Assembly (NCBI GenBank): GCA_965112735.1 | Contig: OZ218958.1 | Location: forward strand, 496,001 to 560,000 | Origin: Phaeosaccion multiseriatum | Lineage: Eukaryota; Protista; Ochrophyta, other classes | Direction of reading: 5' to 3' | DNA: 64,000 nucleotides | Shown: positions 54,708 to 64,000 of the stretch, piece by piece | Layout: each line of letters starts with the position of its first letter | Position numbering within the stretch: the first letter of the stretch is position 1 | Made by a program: the position numbers and the translations under genes | Notes under the pieces: generated by a model | What the model was told of the DNA's origin: nothing | Database searches by the model: none | The model's input: only the letters and a program-made list of their open reading frames with translations

Positions 54708-57700
54708 GCTGCTGTTGTTGTTTGTGCTTTTGTTGCTGTTGCTGTGGTTGTTGTTGTTGTTGTTGTTGTTGGTGGTGGTGGTGTTGTTGTTGTTGGTGTT
54801 GGTGGTGTTGTTGTTGTTGTTGTTGTGGTTGTTGTTTCTGTCTCTGCATATCCACCACTCGATCAGGAGCCGAAGCAGGAGCGCGAGCACCAGCCCGAGC
54901 AGGAGGTCCAGCCACAGCCCACGGGCGGGAGGGAGGCCCCGGGGGGGAGGCAGGCGGCGGGGCAGGGGCATCAGCGCAGCGGGGAGCACCACGGAAGGGG
55001 GGGAAGGGGGAGGAGGCATGCGGGGGGGAAATGGCAGTGGATGGGCAGGCGGGCAGCACAACCACAGCCACCACGGGGTTTCGTCGGTAGGTTCGGAGCA
55101 CAGGCGGAGCGGGAGGGGAAATAGAGGCAGCACCGGGGGTAGGCGGAGGAGAAGCCATGACGACAACCGCGGCGGTCAAAGTCACAGCCACATAAGCCAC
55201 AGCAACAGCAGCGGCAACAGTAACAGGAGCCGCAATGAGGAACTAAGCAGCATGAGCAGCGAGATGGCGGCCCTCTCGGTCTCGGCCCCGGACTCGGGGC
55301 TGGACAGCCCCCCGGGGCCGCGCCCCGCACGTAAGAGGAAGGGGGGGGGGGGGGAGGGAGGGAGGGAGAGAGGGAGGGAGGGAGAGGGAGAGAGACGGGG
55401 GGGGAGAGAGCTTTTACCTTTTCTCGGCCGATTCCCATCCCAGTGACATGGTCAGAGAGACCGTCCCACAGGCACACGCATAGTCGCCCCCACACCTTCA
55501 CCCACACCTTCACCCACACCTTCACACACTGACTCAGTCTTTGTCTTGCTCTCCCACGCTCTTCCTCTCCCTCTCCCTTCCCCTATCTTTCCGCACCCGT
55601 CTCTCTCCTATGTCAATGATCTTCTGTTCTCTCCCTCCCTCCCCCCCTTGCCTGCTCTGCATGCCGGATTTGATTCACATAAAGTATCTCACACGCACGG
55701 CACCAACAACACCCCCACGCCCTTAAGCACCGCCGCTGCCGCGTTGGACATTCGCAGCGTCGTCATCTGTCTCGAGGAGTGCCAGAGCGCCCCTCTGTGG
55801 GCTGTGCTGCTGAGGGTGCTAGGATGCCTGAAGATAAGACCTGCTTTGACACTGTCGCTGGCTTGGGAGTTGCAGCAGAGCAGCTTTGCCTCCGTCACGG
55901 CGCCGGGTGAGTGTGTGTGTGCGTGCGTGCGAGTGTGTGTATGTGTATACGTGTGTGTGTGTGTGCGTGCGTGTGTATCAAGCGATGCAGTAAGTAGCGC
56001 AGGCGCAGTGTTTTAGTTGCGTCCTTGCTCTCGTATGTCCGGCCCTTTCCCCCCCTCCATCCTTCCTTCCTTCCTACCTTCCTTCCTTCCTTACTTCCTT
56101 CCTTCCTTCCTTCCTTCCTCTCCTTTCGTTGCCTCCTTGCTCCTTCTCTTCACTTCCTGCCTCCCTTCCTCCCTCCCCCCCTCCCCTCTCAAGTCCTACT
56201 GGGTAAGCGGGGCTACAACCCCACCGTGCGTCGCCAGTGCCTCTCGTTGGTCCTCTGGTACCTCATCCAAGTCAATGAAAGCGCTGCACACTCTTCCCTC
56301 TTGGGGGATGGAGGCGTCACATGGGCGGTTGCACCGGTGTCTTTGCCTTCTCCATCAGCAGTTGGTGATACAACAGCAGCAGGAGCAGCAGGTGGCGACT
56401 CAGAAGGAGAGGTTTCGCCCTCATCGCGCCCCTGGGGCGGTTCTCGTCCTATGTCTTCGCCCTCGTCTCAGCCCTGGGGTGGTTCGGGCGCGGTCATTCA
56501 AGTCGGAGCTCCCCCCTCTCCAACGGCCACCGCTGCTGCTACCGCTACAAAAGGAGGAGGAGGAGGAGGAGGGGGGGGGGGAGGGGCAGGTGGAGCAGCC
56601 AACCCCCCTCGGCAACCCGACGACCCTCCTCCTCCCCCTCCCGCTCCCTCTACTGCTGCCAGCGCTAGTAGCCCCTCCTGGGTGGTGAGCGGCCCCGCTC
56701 GTGACTCACTGCATCTAGTTCTGGCCCGCGTGGTGGCCCTGGCGGCGAGCGAGGGAGTATGGGGAGACGTGGAAAGGAAGACGGTGGCGCTGGTGCTCGG
56801 AAGAGACCCCCTTGGAGGAGGTCAGTCTGTCTGCAGCTTGAGTTGCTTCAGTTTCAGTGTCAGTTGCCACCCCCCCTTGCCCCCTTCTAACATATCGTTC
56901 CTTTCTTCCTTCCTTCCTCCGTCCCTCCCTCCTTTCTTCCTTCCTTTCTTCCTTTCTTCCTTCCTTCCTTCCTTCCTTTCTTCCTTCCTTCCTTCCTCCT
57001 CCCCCTGCTCCTCCGCCGGTGATGTCCGACTCAGGCGGGAGACACAGCAGCAATACTAGCGGCAGCAGCAGCGCAGGCGTGGGAGGAGGAGCATACGGGG
57101 GAGGGGAGGGAGGAGGAGACGAAGGAGGAGAGGGGAGCCATGCCGCCTCCAAGACAGCGACGAAGGGCCCTCCCTCTTGGCCGGAGCGGGAGGAGGACGA
57201 GCCTTTGCCCTTCCCGGTGCCCTTGTGGCTGTCCGTCCCCTTCCTCGCGGCGCTGCTGCCCGCTGCTTCAAGCGCCGACCTCTGCCAGCAGGTGAGAGCT
57301 GCCTGCCTGCTTTTGCCTGCCCGTATGCCTGCCTTGACCGCAAAATGCCGCCGGAATGTATCTCCAAGGGTCTAAAAATGCCTCCCAAATGCCTCCCAAA
57401 TGCCTTCCAACTGCCTTCATAGGCGCTAATGTCAGTGAACATCACTCTCAAGAGCGACGCGGCAGCGCGCGCCTCCCTCCTCTCCCATGGACGAGGTACG
57501 TGAGCTTACGTGAGGCTTGGGGAAGAACATTATTCCCCCTCCCGCTCTCTCTCCCACTCTCTCCCTATGTGTATCTCGATCTCTCTCCCCTGCCCTGACT
57601 TGATTGCCTACCCTATCCTTCCCCTCCCCTCCCCTCCCCTCCCCTCCCCTCCCCTCCCCTCCCCTCCCACATACTACCCCTCCCTCCCCTCCCCAGGGGA

Positions 57701-58932
57701 TGGCCCTTCGTGGCTGGCGGCTCTGCTGGAGCTCTCTCTGTGCGATCGGCACCTCTCTCACCTCTCCAGCCTGGCCAAGGCACAGCTCAGCAGTCGCAAG
57801 GGGCGGAGACAGGCGGGGGGGAAGCGCGCGTCAGGTGCCATCCAGCGAACGCCAGAGGGTGGAGGTATGTGCATGTGGGGGCATGTATTCGTATTGACTT
57901 CCTGCCCGTACGCCTGCCTGCCCATATGCCTGCCTGACCGCCTGACCCAGGTTCCACCGCCTCTGACAGCAAGCTCTCCGCCCCCCCTTCCCATCCAATT
58001 CCATCTCCCCTCCTACGCACGGCCATACCCTCTCCCATAAACTGCCATCTCCTCTGCAGACGCCAAGGACAAGGACGGGGGGATGGCAGCGGATGCGTTG
58101 ACAGATGTCGACGACTCGGATTGGCAGTCCGTGTACCAATTCGGAAACGTCGCCGTGAGCGCCGCCTCGCAAGAGGTGAGAGAGTCATACTCCTGCTCCT
58201 GCAGGACCTCCTCCTTGATCCACCCACCCTCACCCACCCACACACCCACACACCCCCGTACACCCATACACCTGCATATCCCCATACACCCCCCCCCCCC
58301 CCCCCCCAATTAGGTGGGGTCCCTGTGCGAGGAGCTTTCCCTGGACGCTGTGGCGTGCTGCCTCCATGAGAGCCTCACATCGGTCCCCCGTGGGTGGATC
58401 GTTCTTAGGGCCCTCTCAAAGCTCATGGAGCAGACCGCAGCGCAGGTACGTACGTGAGCATACGTGAGATTTTACGTAAGCGATCTAAGATGAGTTTCAG
58501 TTTCATCGCCTGTCTCCGTGTGCTGTGCCGCCTCATGCAAGAGTTTGCCCCCTCTCTTCTCTCCTCTCTCCTCTCTCCAGCGCCGTGTTGTTGTTCTTCC
58601 TCTTTCGGTTTCTCTTGCTGGTCCTCTCCCTCTTCTTTGTGCTCTTCCTCTCACCCACACCCCCACCCTCACCCTCACCCCCACCCCCACCCTCACCGTC
58701 ACCCTCTTCCTCACCCTCATGCCCGCTTGTGCTCCTGCATCTCCCATTTTCTCTCTTATTACTTGCCACTCTCTCTCCCCAGCGGGTCCAAGGGGCGGCT
58801 GGGCAGCAGTGGCTGCAGGGAGCCTCATGTAGACTCGTCACCATCGTCCTGCAGAGGATGGTTGTGAGCAGAGGAGGGCCCAGCCTAGGAGCAGGCTCTG
58901 GAACAGCATCAGCATCAGGGGCAGGGGTAGGG

Positions 58933-58963
<31 letters not shown>

Positions 58964-60514
58964 GAGGAGGAGGAGGAGGAGGAGGCGGAGGAGGAGGAGG
59001 CGGAGGAGGAGGAGGAGGAGGAGGAGGAGGAGGAAGAGGAGGAGGAGGAGGAGGAGGAGGAGGAGGAGGAAGAGGAGCTTCTTCGGGCTCCAAGTGGACG
59101 GAGCTGTCGATGGATGGCCTGTCGAAGCTGCTAGTGCTCGTGGAGGAGAGGGTGCTACCCCTGGTCGTCGCCAACTCGTCCTCCTCCTCCTCCTCCTCCT
59201 CCTCCTCCTCATCATCATCATCATCATCATCATCATCGTCTACGTCCAGTTTGAGTGCCAGTGCGGTGACTGAGGCTGGGGCTGGGACTGCGGCCGGGGA
59301 CGGTACCGGGGGTCAGGACGCGATGACCGCTCGCCTCGAGCTGCTCTACGGTCGGTTGGTGGACTGCTTGGTGGAGGCCTCTCAGCCCGTGAGAGGCCTC
59401 CTTCTCTCTCAGGTGGGTGGGTGCGTGCGTGCGTGCGTGCGTGCGTGGGATGAACTAATCAGGATCGATTTCTGAAGTTGCCCCCCCTCGGCTTTCCTTG
59501 ACTTTCGCGTCTGCAGGAGGGCTCCTCCGGCCTGGGCAAGAGGGCCCGCCAGGCCTCGCGGACGCTCATCAGGATCCTCCTCCAGGCACGTTACGTAGTG
59601 TTACATAAGGGTTCATGAGCAAAGCTTTCGGATGGATGATACTGTATTGCCCTAGCTTACCTATCACCTCTCACCCCTCCCTGACCCCTCCTACCTTACC
59701 TTTTACCCTTACCCGACCTCACCTCACCTCACCTCACCTCACCTCACCTCACCTCACCTCACCTCCCCTCCCCTCCCCTCCCCTCCCCTCCCCTCCCCTC
59801 CCCTCACCTCACCTCACCTCTCGCCCCCATAGGTGGTCGGACGGTCAGGCATCTCCGTAGAGCAGGCCCTTCGCGTGACGGGGGAGGTGGGCCAATCGGT
59901 CAGGGCCCTACTCGACTGCCCAAGTGCCTCGGAAGCCGCAGGTAAGTAAGCAAGCAAGTATTCAGTAGTAAACAAGCAAGCAAGCAAGTATTCCGTACGG
60001 AATACTTGGGGGTGGGAATAATCTGGAAAGAAGCTCTGCGTGACCCCTCCCTCCCTCCCTCCCTCCCTCCCTCCCCATATGTCTCTATGAAGGCCGCGAG
60101 CTCGTGCGAGAATCAATACTGGGCCTTCGCAAGGCACTAGGGGCCTGCAACCTCGCAGCAGCCTCCGCGGAGGATACACAGGTGAGGCTAGTGTATCAAT
60201 AACGCTACTCCTTCGATTTCTACTGCTGTTACTTCTGCCTCTACTCGTCCTCCTCCTCCTCCTCCTCCTCCTCCTCCTCCTCCTCCTCCTCCTCCTGCTA
60301 GTGCGGCGATGCATTGAGCACCTCTCTCAACAGCTATGCCCTATCCCTCACTCACTGATTATGCTCTTATTCATTGACTTGTGCCCTTTCTCAGCTGGTG
60401 CTGCAGGCCATGGAGAGGAAGGATCTCCTCGGGGCCGTGGTGCTCGGCTTGTTGCAGGACCTCTGCTTTGGGCAGGGAGGGGCCACACAGGCCTATGGCC
60501 AGCAGTTGGTGGTA

Positions 60515-60547
<33 letters not shown>

Positions 60548-61293
60548 TCGGTAGTGCAGCAGGGACAGCAGGGGCAGCAGGGGCAGCAGGGGCAGCAGTC
60601 TTATGGGCAGACAGGCATGTCCCCGGCCAGGGGTGCGGCTTTTAACATGCTGCACAAAGCGGCGGAGTGCTCTGACGTGGACGAGGCGTTCAAGGCGCTG
60701 GCTGTTGAACTCGGTGAGGGAGGGGGGGGGGGGAGAGGAGGGAGAAAGAGGCGAGGAGAGAGACTTGGATGGAGAGAGAGAGAGGGAGGGAGGGGGAGAC
60801 TCGACGAGGACGAGAGACACGTCCTTCCTCCCTTCGCCGCTCTGCTCTGAGCTTGAGCTGGGGGGCCTTCTATTCCTTGTCTGTGCTTTTGTGCCCATAT
60901 GCCTCTCCCTCCCTTCCCCCATACGCCTCTCTCTATCCCCCCTCGGATTCCTGTGCCCATTCCGCCTCTGCCTCTCTCTGTGCCCGTGTGTGTTACTTTC
61001 TGCCCAGGTGCGGCAAGTGAAGAGATCGCCAAAGACTTTGAAGACTTCATTCCGCTATTTGAGCCGCACCAACCCTCAGGAGGGGGAGGAGGAGGAGGAG
61101 GAGGAGGAGGAGGAGGAGGAGGAGGAGAGGGCTCTGAAGACGAATGGGGGGCAAGCGGAGGCACCAGGAGTCAGGCCTACTCCATGCCCTACGGCCTACC
61201 CGAGGCGGGGGGAGGGAGGTCTGCTGCCTCTCCGGAGGCGGGGGTGATCGACACGCTCCTGATGGGCAGCCGGGAACCGCAGCAGTTGGTGCT

Positions 61294-61330
<37 letters not shown>

Positions 61331-64000
61331 GGTCGGGGTAGTGGCAGACTGGGTGCCCACGAGGCCCCAAGCACTCCGCCATCATCCGCAGGTGGAGGGG
61401 GCAGTATGCTTCATGGTGCGTATGGGAGCAGCTCCACAGAGGGGTGGCTGGGGGCTCGTGTGGCAGTTCATAAGGACCGCCGGGATGGGGAGAGGGTCAG
61501 GCTTGGGGGCGCCATGCTCGGGCAGGACGCAGCCTCGCAGGGGGTGTGGCGCTACTGGAGGAGAGTGAGCCTGGGGGTGGAGGGAGAGAGTGGACTGCTA
61601 CGACACTGCGAGAAGGTGAGGAGGGAGGGAGCGAGGGGTGTGGATGGAGGGTGACGGAGGGAGGGACGGAGGGAGGGTGAGGGAGGGTGAGGGAGGGTGA
61701 GGGAGGGGTAGGGACAGAGAGGGAGAGGGAGGGAGGGAGAGGGAGGATGAGGGTGGGTGGGTGGGTGGGTGGGATGGAGAGTGGGTAGGTATGTGGGAGG
61801 GAGTGTGAGGGAGGGCAGGAGGGAGGGAGTGAGGACGGGAGGCAGAGAGGAGAGAGCGAGGGAATTGTGATGGTCTCTCCAATGCGTGCTTACTCTGTCT
61901 TACGAAAGTCCTCCATCCCTCACCCCTTTCCCTCCGCCCCTCCCACCTCCCCCCCTCCTTCCCTCCCTCCCTCCCTCCCTTCCCCCCTCCGCAGCCCGAT
62001 GGTATCAACAGGGAGTTGACGGGCTTCTACCAAAACTGCGAGTGGAAGCTCGGCGTGAATCAGGAGCACAGCCGCCACAGAGTTGTGCTGGAGCCCAAGA
62101 TTCGCCCCCCGCCCCCACCCAGCTCCACCAAGGGAGGCAAGGGCAAGAGCGGTGTCACAGCCCAGGCGGTATCACCAACTGCTGCAGCTTCGACGGAGGA
62201 GCTTGGCAAGGCTTTGGCACGCAAGTGCTCGCAGTACATTGTCGACATTACTAAGCAGGTATGTGTGTGTGTGGGGAGGAAGGAAGCGAGCGAGGGAGAG
62301 GGAGGGGAGGGAGGGTAGGGAGTGAGGGAGAGGGAGGGCATTGCAGTTTCAGCCTCTGGGCACCCTTTTGTCTGGTTGCGGCATGTAACGTGGTGTTTTT
62401 CGTACCTGTGAATGTAATATTATATAACATAAATATAATGTGTTTTGCTCGAGCAGGAGACAAGGGCGGAGCAGGCGGCGTTGCTGACGGAGGGAGAGCC
62501 CGATGGGGAGGACGAGGAGGGAGAAGGAGAGGATGTGGAGGCGTGGGGGCTTGTGCCAGAGTTACCAGAGGGCGGAGGGAAGGAGGAAGAGGAGGTGGTG
62601 GATGAGGAGAAGGAGGAAACAGAGGAGGAGGAGGGCGAAGAGGAGCTTCACGCTCAAGCCTTGGCTGCGGCTCAGGAGGCGATGGTGTCAGGGGAAGGGG
62701 CTTCCCCGGGGGGCGCTGTGTTGAACCTCGGCCCCGGGGGGGTGACAGCGGAGGTGCTCCTTCATGGGCAGCACCGGAGAGAGGTGGCGCGAGAGGCCGT
62801 CCTGCTGGGTGAGTTGGTGGGGGCGCCCGGCCCTCCCTCCCTCCCTCCCTCCCTCCCTCCCTCCCTCCCTCCCTCCCTCCCTCCCTCCCTCCCTCCCTCC
62901 CTCCCTCCCTATCTCCCTCCCTCCCTCCCTCCCTCCCTATCTCCCTCCCTCCCTCCCTCCCTCCCTCGCTCCCTCCCTCCCTCCCTCCCTCCCTCCCTCT
63001 CACTCCCTCCCTCCCCCCCCATATGCCCCCATCTAACCGTTCCGTCCATGCCTCCTTCCCCAGTGACCCCCAAGGGCAATCGGCGCGGCTTCATGGTGAT
63101 CGTGGGCAAGGACCTTCTCTTCCTGCCCTCCCCACGATGGGATGAGGCGGAGGATGGGGCGGATCAGGGGGGGCTTGGAGGGCTGCTCAAGAACGAGGGC
63201 AGCAGGTCAGTACCTCGTGCTACGGAGGGAGGGAGGGAGTGATGGAGGGATGGAGGGAGGGAGCGAAGGAGGGAGGGAGTGAGTGAGTGAGGGAGGGAGG
63301 GAGGGAGGGAGGGAGGAGGGGACGGAGGAAGAGAAATGGAGAGGCATGTGAGGAGGGGGACCAGGGGTGAAGTCAGCCTTCATTCTCACCACGTATCCGA
63401 CCACACGATGACTCATGCTGGTGATTACCCTCACACCACCTCTCTCACCCGCCCCACCGCTCTGCTCCATCCTTCATATGCCTCTAATCACCCCCCATAT
63501 TCCTCTACCCCTCCCCCCCCCGTATACCTCTAATCAACCCATCTGCGAGCAGAGCCAAGCCGTACCAGTGGCCACTGTCTGCCGTGAGCGCTGTGTGGGA
63601 GCGGCGCTATCGCCTGAGGGATTCCGCGCTCGAGGTGTTCATGAGGAGGGGCAAGAGGAGGACCTTTTTCATTGACTTCGGGTCCGAGGTGAGTGCGTGG
63701 GCGTGTGTGGTGTTTTGTGTGTTGTTAAATGTTGGTGTGGATTGTGGTGTGTGGGTAAGGCTATTATTTGTCTCAATACTTCTCTCGGGTTCGCTCACTC
63801 GTTCGCTCGTCGTCATCATCATCTCTGTCCTCCTTTTACTTCCACAGTAACCTCACAACCTCACCACCTGACCCTGACCTAACGCCTCCTCCCTCCCTCC
63901 CTCCCCCCCCCCCATCCACGATCACCCCCCATCCACTGCCATCCCTTGCCATCTCTCACCCCCCCGTCCAGGCGGCCGACATGGAGCGCCGCAACGACTT
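49513..64000 (+). CDS. Large BEACH-domain protein (neurobeachin/LRBA-like), 5' part; continues past window end
   Basis: ConA/LamG-like FTFCMWLRLE..KLFSF..GRWHLLSVSH; GGGTKALL and HREEFLQIHGFHLL region; WKLGVNQEHSRHRVVLEP; PH-BEACH signature WERRYRLRDSALEVFM..TFFIDF. The BEACH domain itself is not in the window. Confidence 0.85.
51130..51229. repeat. (CTA)n microsatellite, intronic
   Basis: Direct reading. Confidence 0.95.

Overview
Intron-rich, microsatellite-dense nuclear DNA from a photosynthetic stramenopile. The LHC proteins resemble brown-algal/PX-clade FCPs and carry ASAF-type bipartite plastid signals. Bases 1-27 kb hold six FCP/LHCF genes encoding an identical 217-aa protein: one inverted copy, then five tandem copies with a ~4.6-kb period. 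Each repeat unit also carried a convergent 3-exon gene for a predicted Tat-targeted, six-Cys thylakoid-lumen protein, intact only once (25357-26994) and decayed in the other five units. All six FCP promoters have a positioned TTGACGT (aureochrome/bZIP-type) box. A very young 3.2-kb non-autonomous copia-derived element (identical 153-bp LTRs, AGGGA target-site duplication, no recognisable Gag/PR/IN, unexplained repeat-rich ORF, palindrome instead of a PBS) sits between that box and the last FCP copy. Bases 27-64 kb are single-copy multi-exon genes: a membrane protein, a membrane-anchored tyrosinase-like protein, a plastid-targeted Pro/Ala/Lys-rich protein with a SAP-like end, a divergent U2AF65-like factor, and the 5' part of a large BEACH-domain gene. 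Also seen: introns with complementary simple repeats at their two ends, and an 11-bp motif next to CAG runs that recurs in different frames and on both strands. Exon models were built by eye from GT/AG sites and frame continuity; no database searches were run.
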